From IMG/VR virus record IMGVR_UViG_3300044627_003356: a stretch of 64,000 bases of DNA; one strand, given 5' to 3'. The notes under the pieces were generated by a model. That model worked only from the letters and a program-made list of their open reading frames with translations. It did no database searches and had not been told where the DNA came from. This document shows positions 27,956 to 37,561 of this stretch, piece by piece. The DNA comes from a virus. Position 1 is the first letter of the stretch. Each line of letters begins with the position of its first letter. A program made the translations under genes and the position numbers.

Positions 27956-28638
27956 TAGGCAACCACATCAAGCTTAGCAGGTGTAGAAGTTACTGCTGTA
28001 GCCTCTGTACCTGTTGCGTTGATTACTACACGGTAGTAGTTGTCGTCAGCATCAGTAAATGTAGGAATAACTACCAATGCGGCTGTTGTTCCACCCGTGT
28101 ATGTTGTATTTGCGGGTGTTGCATTGACTACGTTTACATATGAACCACCAATTGTTGCAGAACGCTGCCATTGGAATGTCAACGGAGCTGCTGTGTTACC
28201 TTCGGTGATACTTGCTGTTACACGGAATGTAGCAGTATTACCAACTGTCAAGTTAGCAGTATTGCTGCCTGGTTGTGAACTAATAGTAATTGTTGCATCA
28301 GGATAGATTGGGCTGGTATTGTCTGTGATAATGCCGGTAGCAATCAAAACTTCTTGTTGCACACGACCTGCACGACCACCAGATCCAACGGTGCGTAGCA
28401 CCCATCCACTATGAGCCACTTCATCATTAACATCAGCTTCAAAGGCGTCAACAGCAAATAAACCAATAGTTTCATCAGTAGTATAAACATCTGGTGTTGT
28501 ATTTTGGTATAATAATGCTACGTTGGCCGCTGTTGGAGCAGAAGCGTTAATTTTTGTATCTGTTGCGTTTATAATTGTCGAATTTACAGCCCAATACGGT
28601 GCGTTGGCTGCATTATCGTTATTTCCCCATGATGGCAT
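27955..28638 (-). CDS. virion structural protein with C-terminal Ig-like domain
   Basis: MPSWGNND, HSGWV..GRxxxEVL; ISSQP...FQWQ...YYRVVI Ig pattern. Confidence 0.75.
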   Translation of the reverse strand: MPSWGNNDNAANAPYWAVNSTIINATDTKINASAPTAANVALLYQNTTPDVYTTDETIGLFAVDAFEADVNDEVAHSGWVLRTVGSGGRAGRVQQEVLIATGIITDNTSPIYPDATITISSQPGSNTANLTVGNTATFRVTASITEGNTAAPLTFQWQRSATIGGSYVNVVNATPANTTYTGGTTAALVVIPTFTDADDNYYRVVINATGTEATAVTSTPAKLDVVA

Positions 28639-28668
28639 TTTATTCTCCTTAAATAGCCTTGTTTGTGT

Positions 28669-30375
28669 TTATTTATCTGTTTTTTTATTACTGATTTTAT
28701 TATCAGGTCTTACTGGTTTTCTCATTACTGGATCAATTTCCAAAGTATCTCTGGTTTGACCTGTTAATGTTGTTCCACCTTTTAAAATCATAGCAGCTTG
28801 AGCCTCATCGTCACCATAAACCTCTTGTTTTTCAGTTTTTGGTTTCTTGCCATATGTCGCTACTGATTTATCTTCTTTTTCATGGTCATATAAATCTTCT
28901 TTGACCATCTTGTGTTTTCTGTATAATGACTTAATCATACGAGCTGATTTAGACATTTCTTTTCTTTTAGAATAAGTTGGTTCTCTATCATCAGCCTGTG
29001 TCCCCATATCAAAGGCTGTCTGTGTTGCAGCCTGAGTATCTTGGAACACATCTTCTTTCATCTTCATTTCATCTTTTCTTTTACCAAAAGTAGAACCAAC
29101 TGATTCAGATGTTGGTTTATAACCAGTCTGACGGTCTATTGAACGGTCAATACTAGCAGAAACTTTTTTAATCCTTGCATTGCGAGGTTTTGTAGAGGTT
29201 TCTCCTGGTTTCTTATTTGCATATGAAAAGTCAGTTAAACGTTTCTTATGATAAGACTTGACAGTAGACATCTTCAACTCATCAATCTGTTCTACTTCTT
29301 CTTTAACGGTAGTGTGTCGTTCTACTTTTGTTAGTCGGCAACCTTCTTTACATTTTTCGTTTGCTTGACGGATTGCATCTTCATCATCTTTTGCAACTAA
29401 CAAATTCATTCCTGTCCACTCACCTGTTTTTGGATCTTCATAATGTGCAGCGTGTGTATGAGAATCATTTTTTTCGGTGATATCAATTTCTTCGTTAACA
29501 GATTTCCAACCGCCACCCATTGCTTTGTATTTTTTGGAAGCCCAACCATTGGCATATGCAGAAGGATAAACAGCAAATTTAGATTTAGCAGCTGCTTTGG
29601 CACGAGCCCATTTTTCTGGACTTGTTGGTACATTCTTCTCTATAATCTGCTCTACTTCTTCTTTCATCTTCATTTCATCTTTTCTTTTACCAAAAGTAGA
29701 ATGAACCAGTTTGTCTAACTTCTTATGAAATTTAGTTTCAGTTTCTTTACTGACACCAGATTCCTCTTTATTGAGTTGTTTCTCTAAACGGTCAATAGAA
29801 CCTTTCATATCTTCTTTACCTGCAGCATGACGAGCTTTCATTGCTCGTTCAATATCATCATGTTTTCTTGCTCTTTCGGCTGCAGCTTGACGAAACTTAT
29901 CTAAAGCAGTACCTTGAATTGTTTTTGCCTCAGAGAATGACCGTTTAGCCATAATCTTAGCTAACTTACTCATGGCCTTTTTACGAGGTTCAGCACGCTT
30001 TGGATCTTTACTAGTTGTTTTAAAAACATAAGATGCCAAAGTTTCAGGAGCTAACTCATCAATTTGCTCAACTTCTTCGGTTTGTGCTCGTTGTTGTTTC
30101 ATTTTATCCGCAACAGTAGTTGAAACAAAATTGATTGGGTCATCAAACTGGTGGTCACGCCTCCATTTATGAAACTCTGAAGATTTTGCATGAGATATTT
30201 TTGTATCTTTACTAACAAACTCTGGATTAATGCCACGAGATTTAAGATAAGCGTGTAATTCACCTCTCTCACTCTCGGTGATGCCTGCACGAACAGACCA
30301 TGGTTCATTTGGATCGGTGCCAAAAGTGGGTTTCTTATCACCCCTAACAATTAGTTTTAATTTCTTTGCGTCCAT
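28669..30375 (-). CDS. modular internal head polyprotein
   Basis: repeated EEVEQI(D/I)E linkers between short unrelated modules; internal 45-bp direct repeat. Confidence 0.7.
   Translation of the reverse strand: MDAKKLKLIVRGDKKPTFGTDPNEPWSVRAGITESERGELHAYLKSRGINPEFVSKDTKISHAKSSEFHKWRRDHQFDDPINFVSTTVADKMKQQRAQTEEVEQIDELAPETLASYVFKTTSKDPKRAEPRKKAMSKLAKIMAKRSFSEAKTIQGTALDKFRQAAAERARKHDDIERAMKARHAAGKEDMKGSIDRLEKQLNKEESGVSKETETKFHKKLDKLVHSTFGKRKDEMKMKEEVEQIIEKNVPTSPEKWARAKAAAKSKFAVYPSAYANGWASKKYKAMGGGWKSVNEEIDITEKNDSHTHAAHYEDPKTGEWTGMNLLVAKDDEDAIRQANEKCKEGCRLTKVERHTTVKEEVEQIDELKMSTVKSYHKKRLTDFSYANKKPGETSTKPRNARIKKVSASIDRSIDRQTGYKPTSESVGSTFGKRKDEMKMKEDVFQDTQAATQTAFDMGTQADDREPTYSKRKEMSKSARMIKSLYRKHKMVKEDLYDHEKEDKSVATYGKKPKTEKQEVYGDDEAQAAMILKGGTTLTGQTRDTLEIDPVMRKPVRPDNKISNKKTDK
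29051..29095. repeat. 45-bp perfect direct repeat, copy 1
   Basis: tcttctttcatcttcatttcatcttttcttttaccaaaagtagaa. Confidence 0.85.
29657..29701. repeat. 45-bp perfect direct repeat, copy 2
   Basis: identical to 29051-29095; encodes STFGKRKDEMKMKE. Confidence 0.85.
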
Positions 30376-30384
30376 GTTTTTACC

Positions 30385-32013
30385 TTAGCCGTTATTTCCT
30401 GGAGCTTTACCCAACATCTCTGTTTTGATTCGTTTCATTGCAGCACGAGCCAAATCTCTAGCACGGGACATTGGCGTATGTTTTGCACCTGACTTATCTG
30501 TTACCGTTGAACCAATTTTCTTATATGGTCCTTCAAAAGGTGGTTGGTCAGCATTGGTTACAAAAGGAACTGTATCAGACTCAGGTCCTTTACCTTCTGA
30601 AACCCCACGAGCTTTGGCCAAGTTTTCCTTTGAAGAAATAGAATCTTTACTTCCGGCTTTAACATCAGCAACAGTCAAAGGTTTGTCACCACGAGCCTTT
30701 CTAATGAAAGCTGGAATATCAGACCTTTTTACTTCTTCTTTCATTGGACCTCCACGAAATTTTACTTTTGTGGATCTACCATTTGAATTGGGACCAACAT
30801 CATCGGATTGTGATGTTACTTCTTGACCTTTTAGTGTATCTTTGGTGCGAACTCTAGGATCAATTTCTTCTTGAACATTTGCAGCTTGCATAAACTTTGC
30901 ACGGTCAAATCTTGGATTTTGACGATGAAAAATTTCAGCGTGATGTGTAGCCAATTCTTTACGTTTATCATGGTTATCATGTGTTTTAATTAAATCTGCA
31001 ACCATTTGAAAGTCTTTACGAGATACAGCCTCATCAAGTTCTTCTTTCATAGCTTGTTTAGTAGCAGTAGCATACATTACAGATTTAGCATCTTTTCCAT
31101 AACGCTGTCTAAAACCAGCAAAGCCTTTTTTCATAGACTTAACAACTTCTTCACGCTTTTTCATTTCTGGCTCTGTCAATGAACGCTCTCCAATGGTGAC
31201 TTTTGCGTAACCGTTTAACTCATCCATTACAACTTCAACTTCTTGTGCATCCTCTTTATTTAATTTTGCTTTAGCCTGTTTGATACCAGCAGTTCTTTTT
31301 TTTGCTAATTGATACATATCATTTGCAGTTTTACCATCACCACCTTGACGAGCTGAATCCCGCACTTCTTTAGATGCCCTTAATTCTGGCTTAGCTTTAT
31401 TAACATAAGACTTCAAAGCATCAGGACTCAATTCATCTAACTGTTCTGATTCTTCTTTTCGGAGAATTTTAAAGTCTTGAGCGTCAATCTTGTTATTTTT
31501 ATTCTTATCAATCTTATGTTGATTACCTTTGAGAGCCTCAATCAGTTTATCTTTAAACTCGGTATCTTCTTTCATTTTTTTATCAGCAACTGCCTTTTTC
31601 ATTGGCTCTTTCTTGTCACCGTCTTTGTCCATATCCAAGAAGTCTGGCTTGGCAGCTTCATCATATTGACCTTTGGTTTTCATGTAATCTTCTTTGTCTT
31701 TTTGCATCAAATCTTTAGACTTAGGACCTTTGAGTGTGTCAATTTCTTTTTTAACTTGGTCACGGCGTGCTTTAGCGGAATTACCATAGGAAGAACCGTA
31801 AACTCTCATGCCAGTTGCAGTAGGTACTTTTTCTGCTTCGTCCAATTCACTTTCTTCTTCATGCATTTTCTCTACGTGCTTGCTGACTTCACCATCTTTA
31901 CCGTGCAGTCTTTTTTCATGTTTTTTTACTTCATCTTTACATGAATCTTCTTTTTCTGTAATTTTTTTTACAGCTTCAGCAACGGAATTCATCTTTAACT
32001 TATTAACGAACAT
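30385..32013 (-). CDS. modular internal head polyprotein
   Basis: EESELDE, EESEQLDE, EELDE linkers; EF-hand-like DMDKDGD and DKNKNNKID modules. Confidence 0.7.
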   Translation of the reverse strand: MFVNKLKMNSVAEAVKKITEKEDSCKDEVKKHEKRLHGKDGEVSKHVEKMHEEESELDEAEKVPTATGMRVYGSSYGNSAKARRDQVKKEIDTLKGPKSKDLMQKDKEDYMKTKGQYDEAAKPDFLDMDKDGDKKEPMKKAVADKKMKEDTEFKDKLIEALKGNQHKIDKNKNNKIDAQDFKILRKEESEQLDELSPDALKSYVNKAKPELRASKEVRDSARQGGDGKTANDMYQLAKKRTAGIKQAKAKLNKEDAQEVEVVMDELNGYAKVTIGERSLTEPEMKKREEVVKSMKKGFAGFRQRYGKDAKSVMYATATKQAMKEELDEAVSRKDFQMVADLIKTHDNHDKRKELATHHAEIFHRQNPRFDRAKFMQAANVQEEIDPRVRTKDTLKGQEVTSQSDDVGPNSNGRSTKVKFRGGPMKEEVKRSDIPAFIRKARGDKPLTVADVKAGSKDSISSKENLAKARGVSEGKGPESDTVPFVTNADQPPFEGPYKKIGSTVTDKSGAKHTPMSRARDLARAAMKRIKTEMLGKAPGNNG

Positions 32014-32014
32014 T

Positions 32015-33811
32015 TTATTTCTCCTGTTTGTTCTTCTTTTTAATTTTTATTTGTGTACCAATATTTCGTTCCGCATCTTTATAGGACTGCATCGGTTCAA
32101 AGTTAGTAGCGCCATTCAAAACACCCCCCACACCCATATCGGATATAGATGGGTCATTTTGAAAGCCTTTATACTCTTTAATTGTTTTTCTAAAACTACT
32201 AAATTCTTTTTGTTCTCTATATGTTACATCGCCTAGACCGGACATGGGATATACTGTTCCCTGCTGGCGTGTATCAAATTCTGGCCCCACACCTGTGGTG
32301 TTCCGTATTCTTTGACTTACGGTTGGTGCATCTACTATTCGCTTCTTCTTTACTTTTTCTTTGTCTTTGGAGAAGTTGGTTTCTTTTGGTTCCGGGTTGA
32401 CGGTGAGCGTTGGCTGTTGGGCTTCGCTGTACGTTTTGAAGATGTAGGTTTTTTGTCGCTTGCCAGCGTTGTATCTGATGTCATCGGATTGAGGCTCGTT
32501 TGCTCTGTTGTCGGGGGACAAACTGTCGAGTCCGGCTGCTCGGAGTTCTGGATTGGTTTTAATCTTAACAAATTTATTAGTGTTTTGAACATTTTTTTCT
32601 TCCTTCACTAGGTTATTACCTATATTTAACTTACCACGTTTTTCTAACCAAGACAAGGAGATATCTCCATACATCTTGTTTTCTATGAATTCATTGATAT
32701 TTAGGTAAGTTTTTGTTATATCTTCCTCAATGGATTCAATTGAACCTGTATTATCTATCTGCATGAAATTATCAAAAGATTCGGCAAAAAGTTGTTTGTT
32801 TTTCTGAGCTTGTGACCACTTGTCATACCGGATGGATTCAACCATCATACGAGATAATTTGGTATTTCTTTCTTGACTGACTTCATTGGTGGTGTTTACA
32901 AATACCATCATAGTAGAATAACCTAAGTCTTCCAATTCTTCTTTGATGTAATGTATTTTATCAAAACTATCTGCTGGTCCATTAATAATCAAAGGTCCAC
33001 GATTACGAATAGACTCTCTGCGGAAATCACTAGTTTTTTCAGATAGTTTTTGTTTATCCGCAAGGTAATCATAGGCTTGGTTGGCATTGAGTTCAACGGC
33101 ACGAGCTTCTGGTATGGATTCACGAATGATGATATCTTTACCAGAACCAGGTCCACCAGTCACAAAAATTGCTTTGAACACACCACGGTTAATGTTTTCA
33201 TGTATTCCCATACCTTTACGAGTATCATGGTACAGTTCTTTTGCGTGGTTATCCGCAACGTGCTCTGGTACACCTTTTTTGAATTCTTTGTAATTACCTG
33301 AAGCTGCATGACTACGCATCTTGGTGCCAGACATACCCTCAGAACCTTCAGCATCTGGATCACGATGGCCAGCAGAATGAACAGTAATTTTTTTGAAATC
33401 ATAATGACCATGTTTACCTTTTACACCATTGTATTTGTGTAAAGAATCTTTGAATTCTTTAACACGGTCAGAACCAACAACCACATGAAGATGAGTTACA
33501 CCTTGTTTGTGTAATTCGGATGCATGATGAAAGATAGATGGATGTTCCTTTGAAGATGATTTTAAATTAGTACCCGGTGCGTATCTTTTTAAGTGTTTAA
33601 CTTTAGATTCACCAGACAACGGATTCTTCTTAGAATCTTGTGAATGAGATACCACAACAGTATGTCCTGCATTGTTTTTATCTGCAACTTCTTTAACTTT
33701 GTGAATTAACTTTAAGTGGCCTGTGGTTGGAGGATTCATGCGACCAAAAGTCATCACATGATGTTTCTGTGATGATTCAGCTTCTTGAACTATCTCTAAA
33801 AATGATTTCAT
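32015..33811 (-). CDS. His-rich cytidylyltransferase-fold domain fused to P-loop kinase
   Basis: FGRMNPPTTGH, VVGSDR, SGTKMR NTase motifs; GGPGSGKD Walker A; MKSFLEIVQE start. Confidence 0.85.
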   Translation of the reverse strand: MKSFLEIVQEAESSQKHHVMTFGRMNPPTTGHLKLIHKVKEVADKNNAGHTVVVSHSQDSKKNPLSGESKVKHLKRYAPGTNLKSSSKEHPSIFHHASELHKQGVTHLHVVVGSDRVKEFKDSLHKYNGVKGKHGHYDFKKITVHSAGHRDPDAEGSEGMSGTKMRSHAASGNYKEFKKGVPEHVADNHAKELYHDTRKGMGIHENINRGVFKAIFVTGGPGSGKDIIIRESIPEARAVELNANQAYDYLADKQKLSEKTSDFRRESIRNRGPLIINGPADSFDKIHYIKEELEDLGYSTMMVFVNTTNEVSQERNTKLSRMMVESIRYDKWSQAQKNKQLFAESFDNFMQIDNTGSIESIEEDITKTYLNINEFIENKMYGDISLSWLEKRGKLNIGNNLVKEEKNVQNTNKFVKIKTNPELRAAGLDSLSPDNRANEPQSDDIRYNAGKRQKTYIFKTYSEAQQPTLTVNPEPKETNFSKDKEKVKKKRIVDAPTVSQRIRNTTGVGPEFDTRQQGTVYPMSGLGDVTYREQKEFSSFRKTIKEYKGFQNDPSISDMGVGGVLNGATNFEPMQSYKDAERNIGTQIKIKKKNKQEK

Positions 33812-34786
33812 TTAATCTCTATGGCCTAATGTTTTTTTAAATTTATGTAAATCATCATCTTTATCCAAATCAATGTGACTTTTGTTTAAACCTTTTACAC
33901 CATCTGGATGAAAAGCAACAGTTCTTGCCGATTTGTTACCTTTTTGTTTTTCTCTGATACGCCACTTACCTTTACCAGAAATGGAAGGAAGTCCATGGCC
34001 AGTTTCGTCTTTCTCACCAACTTTATATGTTCCGTGGCCACCAACTTGTAAAACATGAACATGATGGTCTTTTAAATAACCTTCAGCTGGGTGTAAATTT
34101 GGATGTTTAATTTCAATAGTCTTTGCTCTTCCTGAACTAGTTGATTGTTCTTTTTCTGGATCAGGATGATGTTTGTTCATATGATTAAGTATGCCAGACT
34201 TTTCTATATGTTTAGCATATTCTGGCCTTTTTGCTTTTTGTGAATCTTTAATGTGCCAACCTTTATCTTTACTGTGATGAATTGTTAATTGACCCATAGC
34301 CGCTGTAGTGCCATTTTTCGTTTCACCATTAAGTAGATGGCCAGAAACAGTACCTGCATGAAACTTACCTTTTTTTTTATTTTCAACTGCAAAATCGGTA
34401 CCACTTGAAGAACCGGCACCAGATAGGTGTTCCGGCATAATCTTGTGGTGTTTCATTCTTTCAACAAATTTTGATTCGTATTCATGGCCTTTATTTTTAG
34501 GAGCTTCACCCGGTTTATGTAATTTTGAAATAGGAATTACATGATGATTACCGGTTTCATCTTCTGCATGAACATGAATTTTTCCATTAATGTGTTCAGC
34601 TTTATGAAGTTTTACAGATGAACCTGCAGGAATATCATCATGCTCTTTGGCCAAAACATGAGTGTGTTTATCGGATCCAATGTGTGGATCGATATATCTT
34701 TTTTGATGGTCCTCTCCGGTTTTACCGGAAGCAGTTAAAGTACCACGACCTTGTTCTTCAATTAAAAAACCCTTAAAGCTTTTCAT
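33812..34786 (-). CDS. His-rich protein, possible PD-(D/E)XK nuclease fold
   Basis: MKSFKGFLIE start; GHEYE...TDF...GETK pattern. Confidence 0.6.
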   Translation of the reverse strand: MKSFKGFLIEEQGRGTLTASGKTGEDHQKRYIDPHIGSDKHTHVLAKEHDDIPAGSSVKLHKAEHINGKIHVHAEDETGNHHVIPISKLHKPGEAPKNKGHEYESKFVERMKHHKIMPEHLSGAGSSSGTDFAVENKKKGKFHAGTVSGHLLNGETKNGTTAAMGQLTIHHSKDKGWHIKDSQKAKRPEYAKHIEKSGILNHMNKHHPDPEKEQSTSSGRAKTIEIKHPNLHPAEGYLKDHHVHVLQVGGHGTYKVGEKDETGHGLPSISGKGKWRIREKQKGNKSARTVAFHPDGVKGLNKSHIDLDKDDDLHKFKKTLGHRD

Positions 34787-35973
34787 TTCCTAACCTTTAA
34801 CAAATTTTGTTTAGCAAACTCAGCACGATTAACCAATTTGGTTGGTTGATTATCGTGATGAACTACGAAACCTTCAGGCTTGGACTTTTTACCTTCGATG
34901 TGATGTTGGTAATGTCCTTCATGTGTTTCTAGTGATTTAACCAAAGCATTTTTGGCTTGGTGTAAATGATGATGCATAGATAACAAATTTCCATAATGTG
35001 ATTTGTGTTTTTCTACATGAGAAATTTGTGATGCACCTTCTTTAGTCTTTTCAGATTTAGACTTCTCAGTAGAAACTTTTGCGGCCAATTTTGCATGAGC
35101 ATTCTGTAGATGTTCTTTAAATCCTTTAACACTTGGCACTTCGTCATGTCTTACTGTTTTGTTTATGTATGTTGATAGGTGGCCAGCTTCTCCACTATGT
35201 TTTGGATGAACGACATCATACATTTTGTGACTATGTGTGTCATGGATTTCTTTGGCTGCAGCCATATGTTTCTGGAAATGTTTTTCATTCTCAGCTGAAT
35301 GTTTAATTTTACTGGTGTCGTGTTCTGCACCATGAATATGGACATCTGGATGTTCTTTGAACTTACTCATGTCTACATGGGGTGTATTATGCTTTAAGTC
35401 GTGGCTGTATTGTGTATGAACCACAACACCAACCTTAGACTTTTTTACTTTCTCTGCTTCTTTACCTTTGGCAGTATAAGTGATTGTGTTTGGAGTAAAA
35501 GAAACATCACCTTTTGCTTCTACAATATATCCTTCATGTAAATGTTTTGTGTCAGCATGATGCATCAGGTCACCCTGAAATACACCTTCTTTTGGTGTTA
35601 CTTTTGGTAAATGTTTTAATGCGTGTTTGAGTGTCTTTGCCAGACCAGGAGCATGGCCATGATTTTTATCAATGTCGGCTTCTGTATGGTTGATTTTTGG
35701 ATTTTTATTAAATGCTGATTTGGTTGCAACAAAGAATTTATTATTCTTAGGATGGTGGCCAAAAACGATTGATGGAGAACCATCATATTTCATTGTTAAG
35801 TTGGTGCTCTTGTGGCCACCAGTCATATGTTCATGAGCCTTCATCAAAGCTGCATGAGCGTGTTCAAAACCTGCGTGGCCATGCATTAATGGCCTATCTT
35901 CCGCATGATGAATGTGTTTAAGTTCAGAACCCTGTTCAGATTCTTCCGTTAAGAATGACTTAAATGATAACAT
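34783..35973 (-). CDS. His-rich DUF6267-like protein with ligase-type nucleotidyltransferase motifs
   Basis: MLSFKSFLTE start; KYDG (motif I), QGD, PEGFVV (IV), KLVNR (V). Confidence 0.75.
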   Translation of the reverse strand: MLSFKSFLTEESEQGSELKHIHHAEDRPLMHGHAGFEHAHAALMKAHEHMTGGHKSTNLTMKYDGSPSIVFGHHPKNNKFFVATKSAFNKNPKINHTEADIDKNHGHAPGLAKTLKHALKHLPKVTPKEGVFQGDLMHHADTKHLHEGYIVEAKGDVSFTPNTITYTAKGKEAEKVKKSKVGVVVHTQYSHDLKHNTPHVDMSKFKEHPDVHIHGAEHDTSKIKHSAENEKHFQKHMAAAKEIHDTHSHKMYDVVHPKHSGEAGHLSTYINKTVRHDEVPSVKGFKEHLQNAHAKLAAKVSTEKSKSEKTKEGASQISHVEKHKSHYGNLLSMHHHLHQAKNALVKSLETHEGHYQHHIEGKKSKPEGFVVHHDNQPTKLVNRAEFAKQNLLKVRK

Positions 35974-36019
35974 TGAATTTCCTTACTAGATATGCAACAC
36001 ACTTTGGTTGCCGGTCGCT

Positions 36020-36027
36020 TATTTATA
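36020..36027 (-). promoter_or_regulatory. T4-type late promoter
   Basis: TATAAATA about 46 nt upstream of the 35973 start. Confidence 0.75.
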
Positions 36028-36110
36028 CAACTTCTCAACCTTTATGGTACAAACTTTTTCCAACGATTAAATTATTGGGTTAGATATATACGATCCAAAA
36101 TTGTTGGATT

Positions 36111-36824
36111 TTAGTTCCATTTGGTACCTTCAAAGTCCAGCCAGTAGGTCGTCATTTTTCCTTTACCCTCCATCAAATAAAATGGTAAAGTGTGGACTAA
36201 TCCCCTACTGGATCCGTAATATATCAGGTCTTTAGGTCCCCTGTCAAGAGCCCATGCAAAGTGACTAGAGCCAGTATCACCACCTACAAAAATTTCGGCT
36301 GTGGTAATGTGGTAATAATTCTGAACGAAATTGGTAGAATACCGCCAGCCTTCAAATGGGCAAGCTTCGGTAGGTTCACCTTTTTTACAGATTACTTTTT
36401 CATAATCTTTATATTCTTCGGTAGAATATTTGGCAATAATCTGTTCATATACATTCTTTGGCCAATTGCGCCATTGATTGTATGGGGCATCAAATAATGG
36501 AAATACAGCAATCTTTTTTTCCATTGGTGCATTGTTTGGTATTTTTACCAAGTCACCGGATATATCTCTGAAATCCCAAACATTAACTTTTCTCCAAGGC
36601 AATGATTGTTCACCTGGTTCTGTTGAAAAATAGTTAGTCATCTTCAACATTATCTCATAGAATGTTTGACAATGTGTGTCGGAGCTAACATTTCCAGGTT
36701 TCAAATGAAACTGAATCATTGGGTCATTGTTGATTTTTCGTATGTGTTCTAATACATTAGCAACACCAATCATATCACCATTTCGGATAGTACCAAAGGT
36801 TCCTGGTTCAATATTAATAATCAT
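36111..36824 (-). CDS. GT9/heptosyltransferase-like glycosyltransferase
   Basis: GDMIG N-terminal motif and FVGGDTGSSHFA motif. Confidence 0.65.
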   Translation of the reverse strand: MIINIEPGTFGTIRNGDMIGVANVLEHIRKINNDPMIQFHLKPGNVSSDTHCQTFYEIMLKMTNYFSTEPGEQSLPWRKVNVWDFRDISGDLVKIPNNAPMEKKIAVFPLFDAPYNQWRNWPKNVYEQIIAKYSTEEYKDYEKVICKKGEPTEACPFEGWRYSTNFVQNYYHITTAEIFVGGDTGSSHFAWALDRGPKDLIYYGSSRGLVHTLPFYLMEGKGKMTTYWLDFEGTKWN

Positions 36825-37561
36825 AATAATTTTTGTAGTTCATTTGCGTGAACCAATTTTCCTTTGCGATTGAGATAGAAATGTTTTTCAAATACTTTAT
36901 TGATATCTTTTCCATCGTCCCATGATACATTATCACCTACACGAAACTCTGGTTTCCAATCTTCTGCTTTCCAAACACAATATAGCGAAACATTACAGAG
37001 GTCGGCTAACATACCAACACCAGTAAAGTTGGTGATAAAAGGTTTTTTTAGATTTTTAATGATGTAAACATTTTCTAACATTGGTCGGTTGAAATCAATA
37101 AATTCACAATCTTTTAAATGTGATAATACATGAGTTTCTCTACGAGTATCAATATTGCCAATCGACCATCTATCACCAACATAATATGTATCTTTCACAA
37201 CAATATCATACTCTGGTGTTTTTACTGTGAAATCATCATCAACTCTAAATGTCATCTTATGATTATCTTTCATAAAGTTCTCATAACGACAAGTTTCAAT
37301 TGGACGATTCGGATCACTTTTATCTTCTCTGGTTGGCCAACTACTCATTGGTATTGCACCCATAAAGAATATGTCAGCATCAAATTCAACGCTACTGAAG
37401 ATGTCTTGATACACTAAGAGTTCTTTTAGTCCTTTGAACTTCTTCATTTCATGTTTAATAATTAAATCAAACTTACCATACGACTTACTGATGCCAGAAA
37501 GAACAGGTAAACCATTCAAAAAGTCGCCTAAGTTGGCAGTTCCATTAAGATATATTTTCAT
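36821..37561 (-). CDS. GT9-like glycosyltransferase
   Basis: NLGDFLNGLP and FITNFTGVGMLA motifs. Confidence 0.6.
   Translation of the reverse strand: MKIYLNGTANLGDFLNGLPVLSGISKSYGKFDLIIKHEMKKFKGLKELLVYQDIFSSVEFDADIFFMGAIPMSSWPTREDKSDPNRPIETCRYENFMKDNHKMTFRVDDDFTVKTPEYDIVVKDTYYVGDRWSIGNIDTRRETHVLSHLKDCEFIDFNRPMLENVYIIKNLKKPFITNFTGVGMLADLCNVSLYCVWKAEDWKPEFRVGDNVSWDDGKDINKVFEKHFYLNRKGKLVHANELQKLL

Noticed and set aside
28669-32013. CRISPR-like or tandem DNA array
   Set aside because: The repeats are degenerate, in frame and protein-level; no regularly spaced identical DNA repeats were seen here or elsewhere in the window
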